From positions 2,539 through 66,538 of the forward strand of contig CAYTED010000005.1 of the NCBI GenBank assembly GCA_964436855.1: DNA of 64,000 bases. Direction: 5' to 3'. Origin of the DNA: an uncultured Bdellovibrionales bacterium. GTDB taxonomy: Bacteria > Patescibacteriota > Minisyncoccia > Moranbacterales > UBA1568. Shown piece after piece: positions 48,263 through 57,753 of the stretch. The position numbers and the translations under genes were made by a program. Position 1 is the stretch's first letter. Each line of letters starts with the position of its first letter. Below the pieces are notes generated by a model. It saw only the letters and a list, made by a program, of their open reading frames with translations. It was not told the DNA's origin and did not search any database.

Positions 48263-48386
48263 AGGAGCTTCGACTCCTCGATTGCGAATGACGAATTACG
48301 GAAAGGCACCGCATACCACGCCATTCGCAAGAGAGAAATGCCCGTTTATATTATTTCATTAACTCCCTCCTTCACCAAAAAAAACG

Positions 48387-48965
48387 CTATTCACTCTTCT
48401 TTTTTTTCTTTGTGACCGTTTTGGATTTTTCGTTTTTTTCAGACGGTGCTTCGGAAGAATTTTTTTTCTTTCCTTTCTTTTCCTTGTCTTCTTTTTTCTC
48501 CTCCAAGCGCGCCTTGTGTTTTTCCGAGTCATCATCCCTCATTGGCTCGCCCATCTCGCGATAAATCGTCCCCAAGACACCGTTCACAAATCGTGGGCTT
48601 GAATCGCTCCCGAATGATTTCGCAAGCTCAATCGCTTCGTTAATCGCCACCTTCGGCGGAACCTCGTCGTAATTTCCAAACATCAATTCAAAAATTCCGA
48701 GCCGCAGGACATTCCGATCCACGACCGCTACCTGATCAACCGGCCACTCGGGCGCGCACTTTTCAATCAATTTGTCGATTATCGGAAGCTCGCGGATAGT
48801 TCCCAAAAATAAATTTTCGGCAAAATCCGACGCCTCAATCCCCGGGGCAAATTCTTCCACATTGTGTCGAAGAATCGGGTCGACATTTTCGTCCTTCCGC
48901 CCTCGAAAATCCCACTCAAAAAGACACTGCATCGCGAGTGAACGTTGGAGGTGTCGATTGGCCAT
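48387..48965 (-). CDS. nusB: Transcription antitermination factor NusB
   Basis: [30 protein letters not shown]. Confidence 0.97.
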   Translation of the reverse strand: MANRHLQRSLAMQCLFEWDFRGRKDENVDPILRHNVEEFAPGIEASDFAENLFLGTIRELPIIDKLIEKCAPEWPVDQVAVVDRNVLRLGIFELMFGNYDEVPPKVAINEAIELAKSFGSDSSPRFVNGVLGTIYREMGEPMRDDDSEKHKARLEEKKEDKEKKGKKKNSSEAPSEKNEKSKTVTKKKKKSE

Positions 48966-49017
48966 AGGATTTTTGTTTTTGAAGGAAACGGTTTTGAGGG
49001 AAAATTTTGGCTTTTAT

Positions 49018-49233
49018 TCAGCCTTTTTTTGAAGATGTTTTTTTCAATTTCGGTGTCGCAGCCTTTTTTGCGATATCGCGACCACGATACGAACCGCACT
49101 TCGGACAGGCCCGATGCGGAACAACCGGAGAACTGCATTTCTCACAAGAAATGGTCTTCGTTGCGCGAAGTCGGAGTTCTTTACGCGCCCGGTCACGGCG
49201 CTGTTTGGTATGTCTCTGTTTTGGCAATGCCAT
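49018..49233 (-). CDS. rpmF: 50S ribosomal protein L32 (Zn-ribbon form)
   Basis: MALPKQRHTK, CEKC, PHRACPKCGSYRGR. Confidence 0.95.
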   Translation of the reverse strand: MALPKQRHTKQRRDRARKELRLRATKTISCEKCSSPVVPHRACPKCGSYRGRDIAKKAATPKLKKTSSKKG

Positions 49234-49382
49234 AGTGTTTTCCTTACGAATCGGTTAAACAAGAACGAAGTCAATGTAACACACAAGAAAGATGCAGGCA
49301 AGTTCCTCTTTCACCTCGTGGCTCCTTCTACCAAAAAGGAATGGAACCCCTCCTTTCAGAATGCATTTTCATAGGATCTTTC

Positions 49383-50960
49383 CTACTTATGACCGAGAAA
49401 ACCCTGTGCAATTGCACGAAATTCCTTTTCCTCTTCTTGCTTCCATATCTCATCTCGTCCCAATTCATCAGACAGTATATCAAGTACCAAGGGAATGCTT
49501 TCGATTGCTGCCTTGATATTCAGAAAGGTGGCACGAGTCCTCCGGGAAAGAATATCATCGAGTGTTCGAGCCATTTCACAACGTATAGCAAACAGTACTT
49601 CAGCAATAGTTATTGGAAGGTCAGGATGAATCTTATCCTTCCAGTCCGGGTGTATACCAATCCATTCTTCGAGTACCATTGCGTCCGAACCATACTGCCC
49701 AAATACTCCCAGCTGTTCTGGATGTTGGTGGTACCCATGTATATTCAGTGTTTTGGTCACGCATGGACGACTCTCCAGTGAGGCAAGGATTGCCGCTTGA
49801 TCAACACACTCTTCTGCCATTTTCCGATACGTTGTCCATTTTCCTCCAGCAACGGTTATGAGCCCCGATGATGTAATATCAATGACAAAATCACGAGAAA
49901 GCGCCGCGGTATCCCTCCCTGATCCACTTCGTACGAGAGGGCGAATCCCCGCAAAAACACTCAATATATCTTTTCGAGTCGGGGTATTCGCAAGATAAGG
50001 AGCCGCCGTTTCGAGAATAAAATCAATTTCTGATTCCAGGGGTACCGGATCAATAGATACTGTTTCAAGAGGAGTATCCGTTGTGCCAAGCAGCGTCGTA
50101 CCATGCCATGGAATCGCAAACATAAGCCTCCCATCCCGAGTATGCGGCACCATAATAGCCGCATCCCCCGGAAGAAATTTTTTTGGAAGCACGATATGCG
50201 TTCCCTGACTGGGGGCAATCATCTGTTGAGAGGAGATCCCTTCCATCTTTCGAATAGAGTCACTCAACGGCCCCGTCGCATTGATCACACTGTGAGCGTA
50301 TATGTTGTATTCCCTGCCCGTTTCTCTATCAAGCACCGATACGCCACTGACCATCCCCTCATGATTATGCTGAATGCCCGTTACTGACATTCCATTTACC
50401 ACAACTGCCCCTTCGTCAACTGCTGTCCGAATAATATTGATCAACAAACGCGCATCATCAAATTGTCCGTCATAATACACTACTCCCCCCAGAAGGCCAT
50501 CCGTGTTGAGCGTGGGAATATGCTTGAGCACTTCCGATTTCGAAAGCATTTCCGACTTCCCAAAACCATATTTTCCGGCAAGCAAATCATACACTTTCAT
50601 TCCAATCCCATAAAATGGCCCTTCCCACCAGGAATATTCCGGGACGATGAAGGGGCATTTTCGAACCAAGTGCGGCGCATTCTGATGCAATAATCCCCGT
50701 TCATGGAGTGATTCAATAACCAGCGGAATATTCCCTTGTTCCAAATAACGCACTCCGCCATGGATTAATTTTGTCGATCGGCTTGACGTCCCTTTTCCAA
50801 AATCACTCTGCTCGAACAAGCAGACTGCGTATCCGCGAGATGCCGCGTCAAGCGCAATACCAGCTCCAGTCACTCCGCCGCCAATGATAATCATATCCCA
50901 AGGGAGGCTTCGTTCCGTGAGCTTTTTTAATTGTCTGTCGCGCTGCATATGGGTCGGCAT
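49383..50960 (-). CDS. glpD: FAD-dependent glycerol-3-phosphate dehydrogenase/oxidase
   Basis: IIGGGVTGAG, GTSSRSTKLIHGGVRYL, DGQFDDARL, GGKWTTYRKMAE. Confidence 0.93.
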   Translation of the reverse strand: MPTHMQRDRQLKKLTERSLPWDMIIIGGGVTGAGIALDAASRGYAVCLFEQSDFGKGTSSRSTKLIHGGVRYLEQGNIPLVIESLHERGLLHQNAPHLVRKCPFIVPEYSWWEGPFYGIGMKVYDLLAGKYGFGKSEMLSKSEVLKHIPTLNTDGLLGGVVYYDGQFDDARLLINIIRTAVDEGAVVVNGMSVTGIQHNHEGMVSGVSVLDRETGREYNIYAHSVINATGPLSDSIRKMEGISSQQMIAPSQGTHIVLPKKFLPGDAAIMVPHTRDGRLMFAIPWHGTTLLGTTDTPLETVSIDPVPLESEIDFILETAAPYLANTPTRKDILSVFAGIRPLVRSGSGRDTAALSRDFVIDITSSGLITVAGGKWTTYRKMAEECVDQAAILASLESRPCVTKTLNIHGYHQHPEQLGVFGQYGSDAMVLEEWIGIHPDWKDKIHPDLPITIAEVLFAIRCEMARTLDDILSRRTRATFLNIKAAIESIPLVLDILSDELGRDEIWKQEEEKEFRAIAQGFLGHK

Positions 50961-50968
50961 TTTAAAAA

Positions 50969-51781
50969 TTATTCGATCGCATAAGGAAGAATGTGCCACT
51001 TATTCTTTCTTGCTTCATCAGAAAGTCCATTCTTTCGATCTACTGCCACTCGAATATGAGCATAGGTCAGTAAAGAAAAATCATTCATGCTGTCTCCAAC
51101 TGCGAGTATTGGGCGAACCGTCGGATGAATCTTCTCTTGTAAACAAACAATCTTTCCATCTTCAACCGGCATTGGCTCCAGGGTTTCATTCATATACACT
51201 CCCTCTGATTCTTTCAGACAAATACCAAAACAATCCGTGAAAGGAAGTTTGTACTGTTGAAGTGCCGCTCGTACCAATACTTCCGGCGAAGCTGAAATGA
51301 TAAAAACTTTCATTTTTCGATCGAGACATTCCTGTAGAAGATGTGCGACAGATTTTCGCACACACAAACCCTTGGTAATCGGTACCCCGAGATATGTTTC
51401 AGTATCTAAAGTCGTTCCTTGGTCTCGAATGATTGCTTCGACCAGAGCGGGAATTTCATCAACACGAAACCCTGAAAGCGCTCGTAATAAAAACACGAAG
51501 GCATCCTTGGTCACTCCCTGTGACAATAGCTCATAGTAGTGGCGAAAAAAGGCATCGTGATATGCCTCAATATCTTCTCCAAGTACTGCATCATACAGGA
51601 GGGCCCGATTGCGGATCAGGCGATGTCGACACATATACGCAATGCAGGCTTGCTGAATATCATGCGCAATACATGTATCATCAAAATCAAATACTGCAAA
51701 ATGTGGATCTTCACACCCCTCTCGTATGACGCTATCGACATGATCAAGGATGGGTTGTGTCGATGATGTGAGATATTGCAC
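50969..51781 (-). CDS. HAD-superfamily phosphatase (SerB-like, subfamily IB)
   Basis: VFDFDDT, ISAS, K, GDSMND motifs. Confidence 0.85.
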   Translation of the reverse strand: MQYLTSSTQPILDHVDSVIREGCEDPHFAVFDFDDTCIAHDIQQACIAYMCRHRLIRNRALLYDAVLGEDIEAYHDAFFRHYYELLSQGVTKDAFVFLLRALSGFRVDEIPALVEAIIRDQGTTLDTETYLGVPITKGLCVRKSVAHLLQECLDRKMKVFIISASPEVLVRAALQQYKLPFTDCFGICLKESEGVYMNETLEPMPVEDGKIVCLQEKIHPTVRPILAVGDSMNDFSLLTYAHIRVAVDRKNGLSDEARKNKWHILPYAIE

Positions 51782-51848
51782 AGAAACAGAAATTCACCAG
51801 AGATTACTTAAGGGAAGCATATCAGACAAGCACATCAATGAATAGGGA

Positions 51849-52511
51849 CTATTTTCCAAAGAATCGCTTGTTTGCATTTTCTGGGATAGCAAGAAAGACG
51901 GGTCGAAACGATATCCGATGAATTGGTGAGGGGCCAAAACGTCGAAGTGCATCCAGATGGAGATTCGTGCCATACCCCTTATGTTGCGCAAATCCGTACT
52001 GCGGAAATTTCTGATCATACTCACTCATCATCCGGTCACGCGTTACCTTCGCGATAATCGATGCCGCCGCGATCCCCTTCACTTTCGCATCTCCATCCAC
52101 CACTGCTTCCTGTTCGTACGATATATGCGGGATGGGCTGGTTTCCATCTACCAGTATTTTAAGTTTTTGAGTTTTTGGTCCCGATTTTTGATGCATTATT
52201 ACTCGCTGTAACTCCGAAATCGCAGCCCGCATCGCAAGAAATGTCGCCTCGAGAATATTTACTCGATCGATCGTCTCCGAATGAATAAGCCCTACGCCGA
52301 CAAGAAAATGCTCTTGTATGAATCCGAACATTCTTTCCCTCTGTTTTTCCGAAAGTCTTTTGGAATCACGAATATATTTCCACTCCGGAGACTCCGTCAA
52401 TTTCTCTTCCAATTCACGAAAACACACTGCCGCTGCGACAACCGGTCCGGCAAGCGGCCCCCGTCCCGCTTCATCAACCCCGACAATGATTGTTTCATTT
52501 TTTTCTTCCAT
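51849..52511 (-). CDS. rnhB: Ribonuclease HII
   Basis: GVDEAGRGPLAGPV, DSK, AAASIIAKVTRD, HKGYGT. Confidence 0.97.
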   Translation of the reverse strand: MEEKNETIIVGVDEAGRGPLAGPVVAAAVCFRELEEKLTESPEWKYIRDSKRLSEKQRERMFGFIQEHFLVGVGLIHSETIDRVNILEATFLAMRAAISELQRVIMHQKSGPKTQKLKILVDGNQPIPHISYEQEAVVDGDAKVKGIAAASIIAKVTRDRMMSEYDQKFPQYGFAQHKGYGTNLHLDALRRFGPSPIHRISFRPVFLAIPENANKRFFGK

Positions 52512-52570
52512 ACGGATATTGTGCCAGAGGTTCCGTTCTTTGCAAATTTTTCATTGTATAGCATCATTTC

Positions 52571-52751
52571 GGGTATCAGCTTGGTTCCAGAAACCTTTCC
52601 TGCCTTCTTCCTTTTGTTCGGAGGAACAGTTCTCCTCGTTCTTACGTCTCCCATTGCTGCATTTGCAGCATTCTGGAAAAGCATCGTTGGCAGATCCTCA
52701 CACGGACTTCGTGCTACCCAAAGGCCCGTCTTCGGGTGGGCTGTTTTCTTT
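52571..52751 (+). ncRNA. Candidate structured intergenic RNA with terminator
   Basis: GGGUA/UACCC closing pair, UUCCAGAA/UUCUGGAA long-range stem, local hairpins, then GGCCCGUC-UUCG-GGUGGGCU and a U tract. Confidence 0.4.
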
Positions 52752-52837
52752 CTCGAAATCCCGCTATACTGAAATTGATTTTTCTTCCCTGCAAAACCCA
52801 AGGAGTAATCCGGGAAATGAGGGAAACGCCACTGCAA

Positions 52838-53020
52838 TGCCAAATTTCAAATGCCAAATTTCAAATGACCTCACTCCTTTCGGTGTGGTTTTTTGTTGCC
52901 AAAAATTTCGAATTTCCAATTTTGAATTTTGAATCAATGTTGAAAAACGAATGTTTAAAATTTCAAATATTAAGATTTGAAACATTCATTCAAAGTTCAG
53001 AATTCAAAATTTAAAATTAC
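52838..53020. repeat. Heptamer-periodic AT-rich repeat element upstream of dnaE
   Basis: TGCCAAATTTCAAA twice; TTTCGAA TTTCCAA TTTTGAA TTTTGAA; TTCAAAG TTCAGAA TTCAAAA TTTAAAA. Confidence 0.7.
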
Positions 53021-53023
53021 TCT

Positions 53024-56000
53024 ATGCCCTTCACTCATCTCCACGTCCACTCGCACTATAGCTTCCTTACCGCCGTCGGAAAAATCGATGATCTTTTGGA
53101 TCGCGCGAAAGAGCTTGGGATGACATCGCTCGCACTTACCGATTACACCGGTCTTTACGGCGCGGTCGAGTTTTATATGCACGCGAAAGAAAAAGGGATC
53201 AAGCCGATCATCGGCGCCGAAGTCTATGTCGCGAAAAATCATCTCGACAAAAACAACACGTCCGAAAACCGGCGACGCCACACCCTCGTTCTCCTCTGTG
53301 AAAACGAAACTGGGTATCAGAACCTGATGAAGCTCATTTCGGTCGCGCATCTCGAGGGATTCTACTACAAAGCGCGCGTCGACCGAGAGCTCCTCCGAAA
53401 ATATCACGAAGGACTTGTCGCGCTTTCCGGATCACTCACCGGAGAAGTACCATCCGAAATGGTGTACGGGAATTACGATCGCGCCAAAGCCGCCGCTCTC
53501 GAGTACGAAGAAATTTTCGGAAAGGGAAATTTTTTTCTTGAGATCCAACCACACCCGGATTACGAAAATCAGGACACGGCCAATCAGGGATTGATCGCGC
53601 TCTCGAAGGAAACCGGGATTCCGCTTGTCGCGACCGTCGACGTGCACTATGTGCGACCGGAAGATAAAGCGACGCAAGATATTCTCCTCTGTATCCGCGA
53701 TAACAAAAAAGTAAACGATACCGATCGCGCAAGCTATACCCATCTTGATCTCTCGCTTCGCTCACCGGAATCGATGATGGAGGCATTGAAAAATTTCCCC
53801 GAAGCGATTGAGAACACGCAAAAAATCACTGAACGATGCAATCTCGAGATTCCTCTCGGACAAACCCAACTCCCTCACTTCGAGGTTCCCGAGACCGAAA
53901 CCCCCGAGAGTTATCTCCGAAAACTCTGCGAAGTTGGACTCGTCAAACGGTATGGCGATGCTGTTGAACCAAAGCATCGCGAACGAATGGAATATGAACT
54001 TTCCGTCATTGAAAAAACCGGTTTCGCATCGTACTTCTTGATCGTGCAGGATTTCGTCAACTGGGCGAAAGATAACGGCGTCGTCGTCGGACCGGGACGC
54101 GGTTCCGCCGCCGGATCATTCGTCGCCTATCTCACTGGTATCACAAACATCGACCCGCTCGAATACAAACTCCTCTTCGAACGATTTCTCAATCCCGAAC
54201 GTATCTCGATGCCCGATGTCGATATGGACTTCGCCGATACGCGTCGCGACGATGTGCTCGCCTATGTCCGAAAAAAATACGGCGAAGATCATGTCGCGCA
54301 GATCATCACTTTCGGAACTATGGCCGCAAAAGCCGCGGTGCGCGACGTCGGTCGGGCGCTTGGTTATCCGTATGCGTTCTGCGATCAGATTTCAAAAATG
54401 ATCCCCATGTTCACCTCGCTCAAAAAATCGATTGCCGAAGTTCCGGACTTGAAAAAAATGTATGAGGAAAACATGGACGCGAAAAAGTTGATCGACAACG
54501 CAATGAAACTCGAGGGAAACGCGAGGCACTCATCGATGCATGCCTGCGGTGTCGTGATTACAAACAAACCGGTTACCGAATACACGCCGCTCCAAAACGT
54601 CTCCGGCGCGAAACAAGGTGTCGTCACCCAATACGCCTCCTCCACCAAATCAAGCGCCGTCGAAAAAATCGGGCTTCTGAAAATGGACTTTCTCGGGTTG
54701 AAAAACCTCACCATTATGCAAAACGCGTTTCGGATTATCCGAGCGCTCAAAAAACTTCCCTCACTCGCGGAGAAGCTCGGCCTCGATCCGGAGACTGCTT
54801 CCGTCTCGGACTTTCTCGACAAACTTCCCCTTGACGACGAACCCACGTTCAAACTTTTTCAAGACGCCCGCACAACCGGCATTTTCCAGCTTGAATCAAA
54901 CGGGATGAAACGCTACCTGAAACAACTGAAGCCCACCGTTCTCGAAGATATCATCGCGATGGTCGCTCTCTACCGACCGGGGCCGATGGAGTGGATCCCC
55001 GATTTCGTCGATGGGAAACACGGCCGAAAAGAAGTGAAATATCTTCATCCGTCGCTTGAACCGATTCTCCGCGATACCTATGGCGTCGCCGTGTATCAGG
55101 AACAAGTCATGCAAATCGCGCGCGATCTTGCCGGTTTCACTATGGGCGAGGCCGATGTGCTCCGTAAGGCGATGGGGAAAAAAATCATCGACCTCATTCA
55201 GGAGCAACGGATAAAATTCGTGAATGACGCGCACGAAAAAAAACAGGTTCCGAAGGCGATCGCGGAAAAAGTATTCTCTTTCATCGAGCCGTTCGCCGGA
55301 TACGGATTCAACCGATCACATGCCGCCTGCTACGCGCTCATCGGATACCAAACCGCATTCTTGAAAGCGCACTACCCCGCCGAATTTATGGCGGCGCTCC
55401 TCACAAGCGATCAACACGACACCGATCGTATCGCAATCGAGGTGCGCGAGTGTCGCGAAATGGGAGTCCCGGTGTTGCCTCCCGACGTAAACGAGAGTTT
55501 CGAAGAATTTGCCGTCATCGTCGGAGAAGATCATGTCGAGCGAATCCGGTTCGGACTGAATGCCATCAAAAATGTCGGCGAAACGGTCGTCGCGGAAATC
55601 GTCGCCGAACGAAAACGAAACGGGAAATTCCAAGACCTCACGGATTTTGTCGAACGCGTCCATCACAAAGACCTGAACAAAAAATCGCTCGAAGCGCTTG
55701 CGAAAGTCGGCGCGCTCGATCAGTTTGGCGAGCGAAACCAGCTCCTCGCGAGTGTTGATGACATTCTCAAATATTCCAAAAATCTCGAGAAAGTCCGCGA
55801 CTCGCATGCGGAGAGTCTCTTCGGCGATTTGCCGGTCGTCGCCTCCACGCTCCGACTTGCAAGTGCCGCGCCGGCAAGTAAACGAGAACGCCTCGGCTGG
55901 GAAAAAGAACTCCTCGGACTCTATGTCTCCGACCATCCGGCAAACGATTACAAAGACTATCTCGAAAAAAACGCGAAACCGATCGCGGATATCGAAAAAG

Positions 56001-56569
56001 CCGAAGAAAATTCCGTGGTAAATATCGGCGGCGTTGTCGCGAGCGCGCGCAAAGTCATTACCAAACAGGGCGGCTCTATGTTCTTCGTTTCACTCGAAGA
56101 TCTCTCCGGTCGCGTCGAACTGGTCGTCTTTCCCCGCACCGCCGAACAAACCGAGCAGTTTTGGAAAGAAGATGAGATGCTCTTCGTCGGGGCGAAAATC
56201 TCGCACAAAGACGGTCTCCTCCGCGCTTCCGTTGAAACGGTGAAAAAACTCTCTCCCGAAGAACTCATTCTCTTCCGGCGTATCGAGGCAACCAAAGCGA
56301 AAAACGGAGAAGAAAAAAATATTCCCAATCCGACGGAAACTCCGCGCAAACAAAACAACGGGATTATCGTCCTCGTCCGGAACGACGCTCCAGCGCATTT
56401 TCTCGACGCGCTCTCGCAAACGCTCCGCTCGTGCCCGACCGGATCCGAAAAAGTTTTCGTCTCTCTCTACGGACAAAAAATCGAAACATCTTTTTCCATC
56501 ACTTCAGATAATGCCATCCTCGATTCCCTCCGCGGCGTGGAAGGGGTTGAAGGGGTGCGAGCAGTGTAG
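53024..56569 (+). CDS. dnaE: DNA polymerase III alpha subunit
   Basis: HLHVHSHYS PHP domain, GRGSAAGS, FERFLNPERISMPDVDMD, YGFNRSH, OB fold. Confidence 0.98.
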   Translation: MPFTHLHVHSHYSFLTAVGKIDDLLDRAKELGMTSLALTDYTGLYGAVEFYMHAKEKGIKPIIGAEVYVAKNHLDKNNTSENRRRHTLVLLCENETGYQNLMKLISVAHLEGFYYKARVDRELLRKYHEGLVALSGSLTGEVPSEMVYGNYDRAKAAALEYEEIFGKGNFFLEIQPHPDYENQDTANQGLIALSKETGIPLVATVDVHYVRPEDKATQDILLCIRDNKKVNDTDRASYTHLDLSLRSPESMMEALKNFPEAIENTQKITERCNLEIPLGQTQLPHFEVPETETPESYLRKLCEVGLVKRYGDAVEPKHRERMEYELSVIEKTGFASYFLIVQDFVNWAKDNGVVVGPGRGSAAGSFVAYLTGITNIDPLEYKLLFERFLNPERISMPDVDMDFADTRRDDVLAYVRKKYGEDHVAQIITFGTMAAKAAVRDVGRALGYPYAFCDQISKMIPMFTSLKKSIAEVPDLKKMYEENMDAKKLIDNAMKLEGNARHSSMHACGVVITNKPVTEYTPLQNVSGAKQGVVTQYASSTKSSAVEKIGLLKMDFLGLKNLTIMQNAFRIIRALKKLPSLAEKLGLDPETASVSDFLDKLPLDDEPTFKLFQDARTTGIFQLESNGMKRYLKQLKPTVLEDIIAMVALYRPGPMEWIPDFVDGKHGRKEVKYLHPSLEPILRDTYGVAVYQEQVMQIARDLAGFTMGEADVLRKAMGKKIIDLIQEQRIKFVNDAHEKKQVPKAIAEKVFSFIEPFAGYGFNRSHAACYALIGYQTAFLKAHYPAEFMAALLTSDQHDTDRIAIEVRECREMGVPVLPPDVNESFEEFAVIVGEDHVERIRFGLNAIKNVGETVVAEIVAERKRNGKFQDLTDFVERVHHKDLNKKSLEALAKVGALDQFGERNQLLASVDDILKYSKNLEKVRDSHAESLFGDLPVVASTLRLASAAPASKRERLGWEKELLGLYVSDHPANDYKDYLEKNAKPIADIEKAEENSVVNIGGVVASARKVITKQGGSMFFVSLEDLSGRVELVVFPRTAEQTEQFWKEDEMLFVGAKISHKDGLLRASVETVKKLSPEELILFRRIEATKAKNGEEKNIPNPTETPRKQNNGIIVLVRNDAPAHFLDALSQTLRSCPTGSEKVFVSLYGQKIETSFSITSDNAILDSLRGVEGVEGVRAV

Positions 56570-56608
56570 ACTGTTCAAGGTTTAAAATTCGTGGCATACT
56601 TTTCGATT

Positions 56609-57622
56609 ATGAAAACATTGCCTGAAATGATCGCTGTCGTGGGACCGACGGCTTCCGGAAAGTCAGATCTCGCCATTGCTTTGGCGAAACGATATGACGG
56701 CGAAATTCTTTCCGCTGACAGTCGACAGGTGTACCGCGGGATGGATGTAGGAACTGGAAAAGTAACTCGGGACCCCCTTCCTCCTCCCCTTTCTAAGGGA
56801 AGGGTGGGGAGGGGTTTGAGAAGCATTTCCAAAACCCCCTCTCAATCCCCCTCTTTGAAAGAGGGGGAGGTGTATTATTCCGAAGGAATAGTCCATCACT
56901 TAATCGACATTGCATCGCCGAAACGGGAATACAATATCGCGCATTTTCTTCGCGATGCGAAACAAGCGATCACCGACATCAAAAAACGCGGGAAACTTCC
57001 TATCGTCTGCGGCGGCACGCACTTCTGGATTCAAGCGCTTCTTGAACATCAAACACTCCCTGAAGTAAAACCAAACAAAGCGCTCCGGGCAACACTTGAA
57101 AAAAAATCAGCGGGAGAACTCCTCTCAATACTCGAAGAAAAAGATTCCGAACGCGCGGAAATGATTGATCCGAAAAATAAAATACGATTGATACGGGCGA
57201 TTGAAATTTGCGAAGCTATCGGAAAAGTCCCCAAGGCAACCAACAGTCAGCAGTCAGCAATCAACAAAGAAAAGAACCTTGTCATCGCGCTCAATCCTCC
57301 CAAAGAGGTTTTGCGCAAACGAATACAATCCCGTCTTGATAGACGGTTTTCCGAAGGGATGACCGAAGAGGTGGAACAACTCTACGCAAACGGTGTATCA
57401 TACAAAAGACTTGAGGGCTTCGGTCTCGAGTACCGATATATCGCACAGTTTCTCCAGAAAAAAATTTCCGAAACGGAAATGCAGGAGAAACTCTTCTTCG
57501 AAATCTGGCATTATGCCAAGCGCCAACTCTCGTGGCTTCGCCGGTGGGAAAAGCAAGGCGCGAAAATCCATTGGGTCAAGAATCAGGAAGAGGCGCTTCG
57601 ATACTGCAAAGATATTTTTTGA
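56609..57622 (+). CDS. miaA: tRNA dimethylallyltransferase with in-frame palindromic insertion
   Basis: VGPTASGKS, SADSRQVYRGMDVGTGK, HHLID, GGT, YAKRQ. Confidence 0.95.
   Translation: MKTLPEMIAVVGPTASGKSDLAIALAKRYDGEILSADSRQVYRGMDVGTGKVTRDPLPPPLSKGRVGRGLRSISKTPSQSPSLKEGEVYYSEGIVHHLIDIASPKREYNIAHFLRDAKQAITDIKKRGKLPIVCGGTHFWIQALLEHQTLPEVKPNKALRATLEKKSAGELLSILEEKDSERAEMIDPKNKIRLIRAIEICEAIGKVPKATNSQQSAINKEKNLVIALNPPKEVLRKRIQSRLDRRFSEGMTEEVEQLYANGVSYKRLEGFGLEYRYIAQFLQKKISETEMQEKLFFEIWHYAKRQLSWLRRWEKQGAKIHWVKNQEEALRYCKDIF
56772..56870. repeat. REP/MITE-like C/G-tract palindromic element inside miaA
   Basis: CTCCCCTTTCTAAGGGAAGGGTGGGGAGGGGTTT...AAACCCCCTCTCAATCCCCCTCTTTGAAAGAGGGGGAG; reads PLPPPLSKGRVGRGLRSISKTPSQSPSLKEGE. 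Confidence 0.75.
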
Positions 57623-57640
57623 AAAAGACTCCGGAATTCT

Positions 57641-57725
57641 TTTCCGAAAAAAATTCTTTTTTCGATGTTCGATCTCGCCGTCTGCGGCGAAGGGAAAAGG
57701 CAAGAAAAAAGAATTTTTTCGGAAA
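57641..57725. repeat. About 21-bp inverted repeat enclosing a GC hairpin (MITE-like)
   Basis: TTTCCG-A7-TTC-T6 ... A6-GAA-T6-CGGAAA with internal TCGCCG-tctg-CGGCGA. Confidence 0.7.
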
Positions 57726-57753
57726 TATAAAAACACACACCACAAGAACTCCT

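Noticed and set aside
52318-53014. ORFs 52318..52932, 52397..52843, 52736..53014 and 52764..52985
   Set aside because: They overlap rnhB or translate the heptamer repeats (FQI/SNF-type low complexity); no SD or family motif.
53024-56569. Intein or intron in dnaE, topA or smc
   Set aside because: Frames are continuous, lengths are not inflated, and no intein terminal motifs were seen.
57532-57753. N-terminal extension of dprA in the ORF track (similarly pepA, uvrA, dnaX, folB, rplJ, the antiporter and the NuoB-like gene)
   Set aside because: The extensions cross the upstream gene, repeats or leader RNAs; family similarity starts at the downstream ATG.
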